DNA of 56,143 nt from Alphaproteobacteria bacterium (GCA_049697595.1 JBAVWC010000438.1:1-56143); one strand, 5' to 3'. Shown: positions 1 through 8,074, numbered from the stretch's first letter. The notes: generated by a model from the sequence alone, not told the origin. Made by a program: numbers and translations.

Positions 1-155
1 ATTCGGCTCGTTCTCAAGCTCTGAGAAGCCGATCTTACGAACAGAAAATGAAGCTGGCAGCATGAACGATACCGGACATGGTTTCCGGCATCATACCGCA
101 GTATTAATGGTTAATCAAGATTTAGTCCTAAAAACCGCTTTTGGAGCGATATAGG

Positions 156-476
156 CTACTGAATAATCGGCGAAGCATTAACCTTTTGCGCCTTATAGCC
201 GTTTTGAACCAGCTTGCTCTCAATCGTTTGACGGGCGGCGTTGACGCACATCTGCTGGTCGAACTGGCGTTCCTCAGACCTCTTAACGTCGATAAAGAGG
301 AAATAGGCCACATTGTCGCGCGGTATAAAAACGACATTGCCGTAATCATCCGTTTCTTCGATAGACAAATCGGCAGCTTTCATCCGATTAAACGCGAACA
401 GCGCGTCCTTGTGTTCCTTGTAGCAAAGCGACAGGTTCGAGGTCGTGTTGTTTGGGATGATGCAGACAGTGAACAT
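156..476 (-). CDS. hypothetical protein (106 aa)
   Basis: ORF track. The ATG at 474-476 lies 2 nt after the stop of the upstream small ORF, at the end of a tightly packed minus-strand gene string. No motif recognised. Confidence 0.55.
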   Translation of the reverse strand: MFTVCIIPNNTTSNLSLCYKEHKDALFAFNRMKAADLSIEETDDYGNVVFIPRDNVAYFLFIDVKRSEERQFDQQMCVNAARQTIESKLVQNGYKAQKVNASPIIQ

Positions 477-478
477 GG

Positions 479-649
479 TTATTTCTTTCTATAGAGGTTG
501 CTGGGTTTTTTGTTGAGTTTGGTTTTCGCCTTAGCTTCGTCAGCCGCTTCAAATTCCTTGCCGACATTCTCTGGCACACCGCCATAGCCGCCCTTTGTGT
601 GTGCAGCAATCCGCATAAGTTTCGCTTGAGCCGGAGTTTTGCTGGGCAT
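479..649 (-). CDS. small basic protein, DUF3008-like (56 aa)
   Basis: Hand translation (below the ORF-track size cutoff): MPSKTPAQAKLMRIAAHTKGGYGGVPENVGKEFEAADEAKAKTKLNKKPSNLYRKK. Start overlaps the upstream stop (TGATG). The N-terminal SKxxAQxKLMxxAAH pattern recalls DUF3008. Confidence 0.45.
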   Translation of the reverse strand: MPSKTPAQAKLMRIAAHTKGGYGGVPENVGKEFEAADEAKAKTKLNKKPSNLYRKK

Positions 650-828
650 CACGCCACCCCATCATTGCTGACAACTTTTAACTTCGCTCTCGTTCCAAGA
701 ATGTAATTCTCGAACAACTTGGCAGCTTCAATGGCCGTTTCTGGCGGTTTGTTTCCAGCAGACAAGCACATCGAGACAGCAAACGACAGACACATGCAGC
801 GAACATCAACTTGTTTTTCTGGGGTCAT
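649..828 (-). CDS. hypothetical protein (59 aa)
   Basis: Hand translation: MTPEKQVDVRCMCLSFAVSMCLSAGNKPPETAIEAAKLFENYILGTRAKLKVVSNDGVA. ATGA overlap with the upstream gene and TGATG overlap with the downstream gene. Confidence 0.4.
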   Translation of the reverse strand: MTPEKQVDVRCMCLSFAVSMCLSAGNKPPETAIEAAKLFENYILGTRAKLKVVSNDGVA

Positions 829-1043
829 AAATCCCTCTTTTTCAAAAGCAGTTTCTTTCCCGAAGTGTTCGGCACCAAAACCAAAAACGTCTCAACGCCG
901 CCCAATCCAGCCGCAGTATGGTCGTCCCCGCGTCCAAATTCAAACGCCACATCGCCATCGTAAGCCAGCATCACTTCTGTCTTTGGGTATTGCAGCGCGT
1001 AGGCTGTCAGTTTTGCAGCCAGGTCTTTTACGGTCACGCTCAT
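825..1043 (-). CDS. hypothetical protein (72 aa)
   Basis: ORF track. Start overlaps the stop of the upstream gene. No motif recognised. Confidence 0.55.
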   Translation of the reverse strand: MSVTVKDLAAKLTAYALQYPKTEVMLAYDGDVAFEFGRGDDHTAAGLGGVETFLVLVPNTSGKKLLLKKRDL

Positions 1044-1705
1044 GCCGCACTCCTGATTCTCTCGCGCACCCGATCACCAATCATCTGCAAATCCCCATGC
1101 TGCCATTCGGTAAATTTCTTGCGATCATCCTCAAAGCTATCCGATGCCGCCCCGTCAGTGTGTCTATCCACGCGCACGCTATCTACCAAGATATTTCCAG
1201 ACACACCAGCCCCACCAAACGCAGCCTGTGTGCATATCCATTCCCACGCACAATCAAAGCCAAAGTGATGCCAGCACTCCGGCACAGCCAAATAACCCAC
1301 AGCCCTAGCCAACTCGCCGCCGATCACGCAATAGCCCTGAAAACGCTTCCCATCGTGCCAGTTTTCATGACCATGTGCGATATTCCAGTCACCCGCAGCC
1401 GATACGATGTCATCGGGGTTGCCTTCTTCGAGAAATTCATCATCAAATATCGCACCATAAAAGGGTTCGTCAGATTTTCCCCATGAAAAAACTTTGTTGA
1501 GTGCCGCTATACATCCGATATTTTCTTTGGAATAATATACTAGAAAATTATCACCCGAAAAATCTCTCAGTGCGATTTCATATTCTTTTGCGTGCGATTC
1601 TCCATTCACAAATACAATTATTTTGCTTTTGCACCCATTCTCACGGATACGTTTAATTATTTCATGAGCATTATCGGGGCGGGACATGGTTGGAATTATC
1701 CACAT
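1040..1705 (-). CDS. putative GT-A-type glycosyltransferase-like protein (221 aa)
   Basis: ORF 1040..1777 trimmed to the ATG at 1703-1705, 3 nt after the upstream stop. MWIIPTMSRPDNAHEIIKRIRENG...IIVFVNG and a later AIFDDEF resemble the GT-A Rossmann start and a DxD-type motif. Motif recall only. Confidence 0.45.
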   Translation of the reverse strand: MWIIPTMSRPDNAHEIIKRIRENGCKSKIIVFVNGESHAKEYEIALRDFSGDNFLVYYSKENIGCIAALNKVFSWGKSDEPFYGAIFDDEFLEEGNPDDIVSAAGDWNIAHGHENWHDGKRFQGYCVIGGELARAVGYLAVPECWHHFGFDCAWEWICTQAAFGGAGVSGNILVDSVRVDRHTDGAASDSFEDDRKKFTEWQHGDLQMIGDRVRERIRSAA

Positions 1706-1707
1706 AA

Positions 1708-1992
1708 TTATCTCACACACGTCTGACAGTCCCCATACTGACTGATAAACTGCTGCGCTGGGCTTAACGAGTTCCATTGATTCTGCTGATTAATCGAATC
1801 ATTATAACGCTGCTCCTCTAACTCACGATTTTGACGCTCGTTATCCCTCTGCATTTGCTCCATCTGCATTTGCGATTGTTCGTTCGCATCCTGCTGTGCG
1901 CGTATCTGCTGCTGATAGTAGTCGTCATCGCCATAATCGGCATACGCAGGAACCGCAAACATCATCGCCAGCATGATTATAAGATATTTCAT
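1708..1992 (-). CDS. secreted Q/E/N-rich protein with signal peptide (94 aa)
   Basis: ORF track. MKYLIIMLAMMFAVPAYA looks like a signal peptide and is followed by low-complexity sequence. ATGA overlap with the upstream RHH gene. Confidence 0.6.
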   Translation of the reverse strand: MKYLIIMLAMMFAVPAYADYGDDDYYQQQIRAQQDANEQSQMQMEQMQRDNERQNRELEEQRYNDSINQQNQWNSLSPAQQFISQYGDCQTCVR

Positions 1993-2120
1993 TTTGTTTC
2001 CTTATCGCAAATCTTACGCATCCACTCGCTCACCGTGAGCATCATTTTCTTCGCAGCATTAGTGTATCTTTCCTTCTCACGCGGAGATACGCGGATTTGG
2101 ATTACTTCGTGGCGTTCCAT
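1989..2120 (-). CDS. ribbon-helix-helix (CopG/MobC-like) small protein (43 aa)
   Basis: Hand translation: MERHEVIQIRVSPREKERYTNAAKKMMLTVSEWMRKICDKETK. It has the beta-strand IQIRVS plus a two-helix RHH pattern and is a paralog of the 4912..5052 product. Overlapping start and stop codons on both sides. Confidence 0.55.
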   Translation of the reverse strand: MERHEVIQIRVSPREKERYTNAAKKMMLTVSEWMRKICDKETK

Positions 2121-2272
2121 TATGACCATCCCCGCAGTTTCCGATAAATACGCTCATACCAGCTATATACTCGCGTAGGCGGATTACGCAAAAACTCTTT
2201 CGTAATGCGCTGCAACTCGATAATGTCAGGCAGAACGTGATCGCATGGCGATTTTCCGTATTCGCGTTCCAT
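2120..2272 (-). CDS. hypothetical protein (50 aa)
   Basis: Hand translation: MEREYGKSPCDHVLPDIIELQRITKEFLRNPPTRVYSWYERIYRKLRGWS. TAATG overlaps at both ends. Confidence 0.4.
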   Translation of the reverse strand: MEREYGKSPCDHVLPDIIELQRITKEFLRNPPTRVYSWYERIYRKLRGWS

Positions 2273-2631
2273 TATTTCTTCGCCTTCTTTTTCTTCGGTG
2301 GTTTTTTCTTAACAACTTTTTTCTTCGCAGGATTGTTAGCCAACATCATTCGTTCGAGTGTTTGTATACCGCCATTCGCAACGCTGAGCTCGCCACGAAG
2401 ATTCCTGATAATCCCGTCTAGCGTAATAACAACATGACACATCTCATTATACTGCTGGTGCTGTGCCGCGAATTTCTGATCCAGATAAGTTACCAGAACG
2501 TCTCTTTCTTCGAGGTGGAGTTTTTTCAAACGATCTTCAAGACAATCGAACTTATCGGGAATACCCTTTTCGGGAACACCAGTGTTTACTTCGGGAGCAG
2601 TGTTCGCCTTTTTCCAAAACCAGTTTTTCAT
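2272..2631 (-). CDS. hypothetical protein with Lys-rich C-terminal tail (119 aa)
   Basis: ORF 2272..2643 trimmed to the ATG at 2629-2631 (MKNWFWKK...). C-terminus is KKKVVKKKPPKKKKAKK. Confidence 0.55.
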   Translation of the reverse strand: MKNWFWKKANTAPEVNTGVPEKGIPDKFDCLEDRLKKLHLEERDVLVTYLDQKFAAQHQQYNEMCHVVITLDGIIRNLRGELSVANGGIQTLERMMLANNPAKKKVVKKKPPKKKKAKK

Positions 2632-2661
2632 CTCAACCCCCAACCCGTTACGTCATTACTC

Positions 2662-2690
2662 ATATTCTCACACCCCTCATGTCATGTCAA
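2662..2690 (-). promoter_or_regulatory. candidate sigma70-type promoter just downstream of terL
   Basis: Minus strand reads TTGACA (2685-2690), a 17-nt spacer, then GAATAT (2662-2667). One ATTACTCAT iteron copy (2655-2663) overlaps the -10/+1 region. Confidence 0.35.
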
Positions 2691-2699
2691 CACAAGATT

Positions 2700-4049
2700 T
2701 TATCTTCTAGGGTCTTTAATCCCCACATCCTTCATCAACCTCCCACGATCAAACGGGTCGTAGCCAGCCTTGTAGCCAGTATCATGGGGTGACTGGACTT
2801 CCTGGGGTTTTCGGACGACGGGACTGGCGAAGGTGCAAGCGAGTGCGTCAGAGTAGTCAGATGATGGCAAGCCGCGTTTTTTAATATCATCTTTCGATTC
2901 CAAGATCATTTTGTCGCCATTGAACCAGTATGTGGGGGTCGCCAAATCCTGTTTTAGGCGAATGTGATTCGGTATTTTTCCTCCTTCACGTATCCAACTT
3001 CTCATTGCATCGTACATTTCTGTGCGTTTATTCACAAATTTTGGATTCGCGGCTTTCCCGCCGAATGGTACTTCGATAACGCTGTGACCAAGCTGGCGCA
3101 GTCTGTCGATTACGCCGCCACCGTTTCCTACATCGATGAACACAGCATCTGGTTTCCAGTCGTTGATGTGATAGGCGACTTGATCGGCGAGCGCCATATT
3201 ATCTATTCCGTGAAACGAAATGGGATCATACACCATGAAGCCTTGGCGCTTCATAATCACAGATGAGTCCGCGCCCATTCTGGCGGGATCGACGCCAATA
3301 ATTTTCGCCGAGTAGCTAAATTCCCCCATCTTGTATTCTCTATTCGCGGCGACCTCCACTTCTGCCATAGACAGTAATTGATCTTCCCCAGCCGCATCAA
3401 AATTGCACATGAACTCGCGGTCAAATGCCGAATCCGACATATCACGCTTTAGTCTGGCGACTTCCTCTGGGTCAATTGCATCCGTGTCGTAAACCGTAAA
3501 TAAATGCGCCGACCAGTTCGGAAGGGTTTTTGCCTTGTGATACTTCTCAGAAAACAAATCAATGCCGCCAGGCGTCCCGATGAAAATAGCCCATCCATTG
3601 CGATCTGATAGCGCGGGCTGAACGACGCTCTCCCACAATTCCGGTCTGATGTTTGCAACTTCGTCGATCACAACCCCATCAAGTCTAACGCCACGCAAGC
3701 TGTCGTAGTTATCACCACCATATAATTTTAACTTTGCCCCATTGTGCTGAAACGTAATAGTCAATTCAGCTTCATTCACATGCACCATGTCATGCTGTAT
3801 CATTTCCTTCAACCGAAACTTTATCATCCCCCACGCAATAGCTTTCGATTGCGATAGGAACGGCGATATGAACGCGAACAACCCAAGTTCCTGTTTGAAT
3901 TGCAGCGCGGCATCAATCAATTCCATCGTAGCGAATGTGCTTTTTCCTCCTCGCCTATGTAAAACGATAACTCGAAATCGCGCCTTATCCGCATGACAAA
4001 TAGCCTGCCACTTACGCGCTTTATAATTCAGATTTATTGTTGTTGCCAT
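2700..4049 (-). CDS. terL: terminase large subunit
   Basis: 449-aa ORF with Walker A-like HRRGGKST and Walker B-like GVVIDEV, followed by a C-terminal nuclease-like region (IIGVDPAR...). This is the typical large-terminase architecture. Confidence 0.92.
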   Translation of the reverse strand: MATTINLNYKARKWQAICHADKARFRVIVLHRRGGKSTFATMELIDAALQFKQELGLFAFISPFLSQSKAIAWGMIKFRLKEMIQHDMVHVNEAELTITFQHNGAKLKLYGGDNYDSLRGVRLDGVVIDEVANIRPELWESVVQPALSDRNGWAIFIGTPGGIDLFSEKYHKAKTLPNWSAHLFTVYDTDAIDPEEVARLKRDMSDSAFDREFMCNFDAAGEDQLLSMAEVEVAANREYKMGEFSYSAKIIGVDPARMGADSSVIMKRQGFMVYDPISFHGIDNMALADQVAYHINDWKPDAVFIDVGNGGGVIDRLRQLGHSVIEVPFGGKAANPKFVNKRTEMYDAMRSWIREGGKIPNHIRLKQDLATPTYWFNGDKMILESKDDIKKRGLPSSDYSDALACTFASPVVRKPQEVQSPHDTGYKAGYDPFDRGRLMKDVGIKDPRR

Positions 4050-4193
4050 TATTCCTCACCACCATACGACGATATATAAACCGTTTCAGCCAGCCGGGGC
4101 GACGCGCATCGTACATGCTCATAACAAACATCCAGTACGTTCTGCGCGAAGGAATTGGGTGATAGCGGCGGAACAGCCATTTTATTTTATTCA

Positions 4194-4397
4194 TCACGTC
4201 ACCACATCATGCGAGTAATTCGACGCCGCCAAATATCGAACGGCTTCATCTTCTTTAGGCAGAACTATACTGGTGGAAATACTGGACGAATAACCATCAA
4301 CCACTCGCTCAATATCAAATACAGCCTGTTCCACATCCCTGTCGTAATGCCGCGCAAGCCATCGGAAGATAATCTTGAAGTTTTCTTTGTTAGTCAC
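4194..4397 (-). CDS. hypothetical protein (67 aa)
   Basis: ORF track. Start overlaps the stop of the upstream 172-aa gene. Confidence 0.5.
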   Translation of the reverse strand: MTNKENFKIIFRWLARHYDRDVEQAVFDIERVVDGYSSSISTSIVLPKEDEAVRYLAASNYSHDVVT

Positions 4398-4912
4398 TTC
4401 TCCCCCCGCGCTTCGAGCATCGCGTCGGCTAGCTGATATGCTCGTAGTGTAACAACTCGCAGATCATAAATTTCATTATCAGGTTCAGCAGACAAAAGAC
4501 CAGTCAACGCCGCCATCGCAAAGCGATCCCTTAACTCCACGCCGCCATCAGGTCGTTTCCACAACCCCTGATGATAACCCTCCATGTACGAATCCATATC
4601 AGCAATACCTTCCGGCGGTTTCGGAGGACGCGAGAAATCACGTTCGTGGTGGATTTGTTTGTTGCGAAACTCTTCTTCCGTCACATAACCCTCCGCAGAT
4701 TTGATGGTATCAAAAAACGAACAAGCACTCAAATACCTTAGTTCAACAGGATTTGACTGCACTTCACCGGCATCAACTTCATGTACAAACTCAACACCAT
4801 CTGATCGAACAAACACGCCTCGGTATTTATTGGTTGCCAATATCAATCCCTCATCACGATGCGTAAAACCATGAGCTCTCATTAATTTCAGCAGATCGGT
4901 TTCTTCGTTCAT
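4394..4912 (-). CDS. hypothetical protein (172 aa)
   Basis: ORF track, with the start moved to the ATG at 4910-4912 because the track start is a GTG. Start shares one base with the RHH stop (TGATG). Confidence 0.6.
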   Translation of the reverse strand: MNEETDLLKLMRAHGFTHRDEGLILATNKYRGVFVRSDGVEFVHEVDAGEVQSNPVELRYLSACSFFDTIKSAEGYVTEEEFRNKQIHHERDFSRPPKPPEGIADMDSYMEGYHQGLWKRPDGGVELRDRFAMAALTGLLSAEPDNEIYDLRVVTLRAYQLADAMLEARGEK

Positions 4913-5052
4913 CACTTCTTCCCCTTCACAACATACTCCAATAAATCCCTCACAAGCTCAGCCAGAGAAATTCCACGACGCGCCGCTTCCGCAAATGCCG
5001 CATCTTTCAATCGCGTATCAATCCTAATCTGGAATACCTGCTGCTTGCTCAT
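4912..5052 (-). CDS. ribbon-helix-helix DNA-binding protein (46 aa)
   Basis: Hand translation: MSKQQVFQIRIDTRLKDAAFAEAARRGISLAELVRDLLEYVVKGKK. RHH pattern. The ATG lies 7 nt downstream of a -10 hexamer. Confidence 0.6.
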   Translation of the reverse strand: MSKQQVFQIRIDTRLKDAAFAEAARRGISLAELVRDLLEYVVKGKK

Positions 5053-5059
5053 GACCGCA

Positions 5060-5088
5060 ATTGTATGTTGTCATTACAATCCTGACAA
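5060..5088 (-). promoter_or_regulatory. sigma70-type promoter with palindromic operator
   Basis: Minus strand reads TTGTCA (5083-5088), a 17-nt spacer, then TACAAT (5060-5065). The palindrome ATTGTA-N9-TACAAT spans the spacer and -10. The RHH ATG begins 7 nt after the -10, so the mRNA is leaderless or nearly so. Confidence 0.55.
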
Positions 5089-5370
5089 GCGGGAAAAAAT
5101 GGGGGAAAAAGCAATATTCAGAGCGGTGATGTGATGTAATTACAAGTCGGTTTTCGGGAAAATACGCGGATGGGGTGTAATCGCGTCCCGACCGAAAAAT
5201 GGGGGTTTCGGGTTTTCGGACAAGCGCGATTTAGGAATTCTATTCGAGGATTGGAAGCGTTCGATCTCTGTAGTAGGTATCGAACTAAACGGATAATGCT
5301 TTGATATTGTTGGATAATCATGATGTACTAAAGTACAGTTACCCCCAAACATACCCCATATGTAATGACG

Positions 5371-5949
5371 CTAGGACGCTGGATTGTCTTTCGCCGCATC
5401 GCGCCGCTTGCGCTGATATTCCCGCACGTACGCTCGACGCGCATCCCGCTTGGCCTGTGCCTCAGCCGCTCGCGCTTCCCAACCAGGCGCGGGTTCGTGT
5501 TTTAATCGCTTGCGCGTTGGTTCTCGTGTTTCATCAACCGATGATTCATCAACCGCAGGCGCAACCACCTCCACAAACTCGGCATCGACCGCATTCACGC
5601 CAGTGATTACATTGATCTGGAGCGGCGCACCGTTCTTGCCCGTCAGCTCTGTACGCGAAACAGGCTTCCCCACAACCCGATCAAGCAAGCGTTCGCGCTC
5701 CAAGGCGTTGTCGTTGTTGTCACGAGCTGATAGCGCGTTGGCTATCTGAACAAGCACCATCGCTTTGAATGTTGGCAATTCATCCAACCTAGCGGGATCA
5801 ACGCTGATGGCTAAAATTTCGCTCGTGGTGAATTCTTCTAAAATTCTGGCTGATGTATCGGCATGTGTATGAAAAACGCTTGGCGGCCTGCCTGCGGGGT
5901 TCACAGACGGCATGCCAGCGATCATGTTGGGATTTCCTCGGTCGGCCAT
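5371..5949 (-). CDS. terS: putative terminase small subunit
   Basis: 192-aa ORF. The N-terminal GNPN...NPAGRPP motif is typical of DUF5681-type small terminases. It has an acidic centre and a basic C-tail and lies upstream of the terL string. Confidence 0.65.
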   Translation of the reverse strand: MADRGNPNMIAGMPSVNPAGRPPSVFHTHADTSARILEEFTTSEILAISVDPARLDELPTFKAMVLVQIANALSARDNNDNALERERLLDRVVGKPVSRTELTGKNGAPLQINVITGVNAVDAEFVEVVAPAVDESSVDETREPTRKRLKHEPAPGWEARAAEAQAKRDARRAYVREYQRKRRDAAKDNPAS

Positions 5950-6131
5950 TAAGATAAAATTATTAGTTTGTTGAATGTATTAATAATATGCCTAAAAAAC
6001 AGGCAATTGTAAATATTAATCTTTCTGCACAAAAAACAGGCAAATGGTTAACGTAAAACCCAAGATAGCCCCAGATAACCACAGAAAACAGACAAGCCAT
6101 TGATATTTATAATAAAGATTCTACCCACTAG

Positions 6132-6457
6132 GATTACTCATCAGATTACTCATCCGATTACTCATACCCCCGTAAGTAATTTTTCACCCATAAACCCATG
6201 ATATAGCTATATTTTTTTATAATTACTCAATTACTCATGAGAAAGTGGGGCAAAGTGTTTGGTGCCGTTTCTACTGGCTCCGGTTTTCATACTACTATCC
6301 ATTGTAGCTATCCATTTTATACTGTACTCCCTATTCTAATATATTTCTTGAATCAGAGTAAGTAGTAAGAAAAGAGCATGAAAAACCAGCTAAATTATTG
6401 ATATTGTTAACAAATACAGCTACTCATGGATTACTCATGGATTACTCATTACTCATG
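6132..6457 (+). repeat. iteron array: nine same-orientation copies of (GAT)TACTCAT
   Basis: GATTACTCAT at 6132, 6144 and 6156 (12-bp period). ATTACTCA/ATTACTCAT at 6222 and 6230. TACTCAT at 6422, 6433, 6444 and 6451. All lie in an AT-rich non-coding gap of about 630 bp between the divergent modules. Confidence 0.85.
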
Positions 6458-6555
6458 GAAATTAACGATTGGGGCAGTTTTATGTGAAATGGATATATAT
6501 CCACATGGATAGCTAGTATCCCAACTGCCTTTGTGGAGTAAATATATAAAATATA

Positions 6556-6584
6556 TGATGACAAATAATAAGAATTAGTATAAT
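6556..6584 (+). promoter_or_regulatory. candidate early promoter
   Basis: Perfect TATAAT at 6579-6584, with a weak -35 (GATGAC/ATGACA) 15-17 nt upstream in AT-rich DNA. SD-like AGAGAG precedes the ATG at 6616. Confidence 0.4.
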
Positions 6585-6615
6585 GTATAAGTTTAAACAA
6601 CTAGAGAGAAACAAA

Positions 6616-6831
6616 ATGACACAAATCGAAAAAAACATTCCGATCCCTATTCGTAAGGGAATATCTAGTTTTAAGGGAATAACCGAAGTCCTGAAAAGAA
6701 CCGAGGTAGGAGATAGTTTTTTATGGCCAACACCAACGGGGAATGGATTAAGTTCTATGGCTGGGGCAATTGGTATGGAAATAACCGTTCGTAAGGTTGA
6801 CGGCGGGATTCGCGTATGGAGGTTGTCATGA
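6616..6831 (+). CDS. hypothetical protein (71 aa)
   Basis: ORF 6583..6831 trimmed to the ATG at 6616 (MTQIEKNIPIP...), because the track ATG overlaps the TATAAT box. Confidence 0.55.
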   Translation: MTQIEKNIPIPIRKGISSFKGITEVLKRTEVGDSFLWPTPTGNGLSSMAGAIGMEITVRKVDGGIRVWRLS

Positions 6832-6989
6832 AGCAACGCGAATTTTGGTGCCAGGTTTTATTAAGGATGAAGCCTGAACTTGATGAAATGGTTAGGCTTG
6901 CCGGAGATAGAACCGGACTTAAAACGCAAGAACTGCTGCGCGAAGCCATCCGGCTAGGCTTGCCGCTGATTGAAAATAAGGTGATTTAA
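6828..6989 (+). CDS. RHH-like small DNA-binding protein (53 aa)
   Basis: Hand translation: MKQREFWCQVLLRMKPELDEMVRLAGDRTGLKTQELLREAIRLGLPLIENKVI. ATGA overlap with the upstream gene. Confidence 0.5.
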   Translation: MKQREFWCQVLLRMKPELDEMVRLAGDRTGLKTQELLREAIRLGLPLIENKVI

Positions 6990-7127
6990 GGATAGCGCGA
7001 CCAGAGCCGCACAGACGACCCGCGATATTGAAGGCTGGGCGGCCAGATGTAGCTACCGAAGCGGAATAACCCAGGCGACCGCCCGGGACGGTTTCCCGGC
7101 AATAAATAACCGCAAAGGATTAAGATT

Positions 7128-7361
7128 ATGAAAATAGCAAAAAGAGATTCCGACCTAATAACCAGAGATGAAATGTATGAGCGTTTACGCCTTATCAGGA
7201 TAAACCGCGATATTGCTAACGCTACTCCAGTTAAAACTACACACGTGGACGATATGCGAGCGAAGCATAAGAAAATCTGCAAGCTAACAGAGAGAGAGGG
7301 GAAACTATTGCAGCGAATGGGCGACTTGGCATCAGCAGAACGCAAGGACGAAACAAAATGA
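7128..7361 (+). CDS. hypothetical protein (77 aa)
   Basis: ORF track. SD-like AAGGA lies upstream and the stop overlaps the next start. Confidence 0.6.
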   Translation: MKIAKRDSDLITRDEMYERLRLIRINRDIANATPVKTTHVDDMRAKHKKICKLTEREGKLLQRMGDLASAERKDETK

Positions 7362-7696
7362 ACGACGCAGAGACGGTACGGCATTGCATAGAAGTTTTGG
7401 CGGTTCAAATTGATTCGCCAACTAAAGGACGCATAAAAGCCGAAGGGCTTTCTGCATTGGCAGACCTGGAAAACGCTGCACTTCCTAGATTGCCTGACGG
7501 TTGGCGCATAACAACTATGGATATGTCCATTAAGGGGCGTGTGGCGTGCATGATATGTCGTGATGGCAAGCCATACGATGACTGGTTCTTGCTAACAGAA
7601 GCGCAACAGGAAGAAACACAACTTTATGTTAATGGCCTTGGAAGAACTCCGCGCAGGGCTGTTCTAAATGCCATAACAAACATCGAAAAGGAATAA
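7358..7696 (+). CDS. hypothetical protein (112 aa)
   Basis: ORF track. ATGA coupling with the upstream gene. Confidence 0.6.
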   Translation: MNDAETVRHCIEVLAVQIDSPTKGRIKAEGLSALADLENAALPRLPDGWRITTMDMSIKGRVACMICRDGKPYDDWFLLTEAQQEETQLYVNGLGRTPRRAVLNAITNIEKE

Positions 7697-7699
7697 ATC

Positions 7700-7873
7700 A
7701 TGACTTGGCTAACCAACATTCCCAAAACGGCTTCCAAGCTAAACCAAGCCGATGAGGACTACGCAAGAGCAAAGCTTGCAGCCTCGTATCTGCCATTGGC
7801 TGATAAGATCGTCGCGCTAAGGGATGCTAAGGCCGCGAAGGTTAAGGCGTATGGGGCGGCTGTTAGATCATGA
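7700..7873 (+). CDS. hypothetical protein (57 aa)
   Basis: Hand translation: MTWLTNIPKTASKLNQADEDYARAKLAASYLPLADKIVALRDAKAAKVKAYGAAVRS. It fills the gap between neighbouring genes and its stop overlaps the next ATG. Confidence 0.45.
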   Translation: MTWLTNIPKTASKLNQADEDYARAKLAASYLPLADKIVALRDAKAAKVKAYGAAVRS

Positions 7874-8073
7874 AACCCCTAATCCTAATCCTCCTTTGCG
7901 CTGGCAGCTTTTACGTTGGATTGCAAGTTAGACAGCCGCCGACTGTAGAAACGCGCTGGCAGACTATTTACCAACCCGCATTCGTGCCAATTAAAACCAA
8001 CATCCGATATTACGGCGAACAGTTGGCAAAGATCGAGGCCGCTATCCCTGAAACAGCTTTGAGGAGGAAATAG
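7870..8073 (+). CDS. small membrane protein (67 aa)
   Basis: ORF track. N-terminal hydrophobic segment MKPLILILLCAGSFYVGL. Confidence 0.55.
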   Translation: MKPLILILLCAGSFYVGLQVRQPPTVETRWQTIYQPAFVPIKTNIRYYGEQLAKIEAAIPETALRRK

Positions 8074-8074
8074 G

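Noticed and set aside
719-1486. 255-aa plus-strand ORF
   Set aside because: It lies antisense to three tightly coupled minus-strand genes. It has Arg/Pro/Ser/His-rich off-frame composition, no motif and no SD. I treat it as a shadow ORF.
5118-5352. Two overlapping minus-strand ORFs (67 and 70 aa) in the terS-terL spacer
   Set aside because: There is no SD or coupling, the composition is odd, and the region is dominated by inverted and direct repeats. I treat it as non-coding.
6132-6457. Possible CRISPR array (short direct repeats)
   Set aside because: The repeat units are only 7-10 bp, with 2-5 bp between them or irregular gaps. There are no spacer-sized unique segments and no cas genes. 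Iterons fit better.
6986-7408. 140-aa minus-strand ORF in the early region
   Set aside because: It overlaps two plus-strand genes that have proper SD sequences and start coupling. It shows no motif and has hydrophobic, Ser-rich shadow-type composition.
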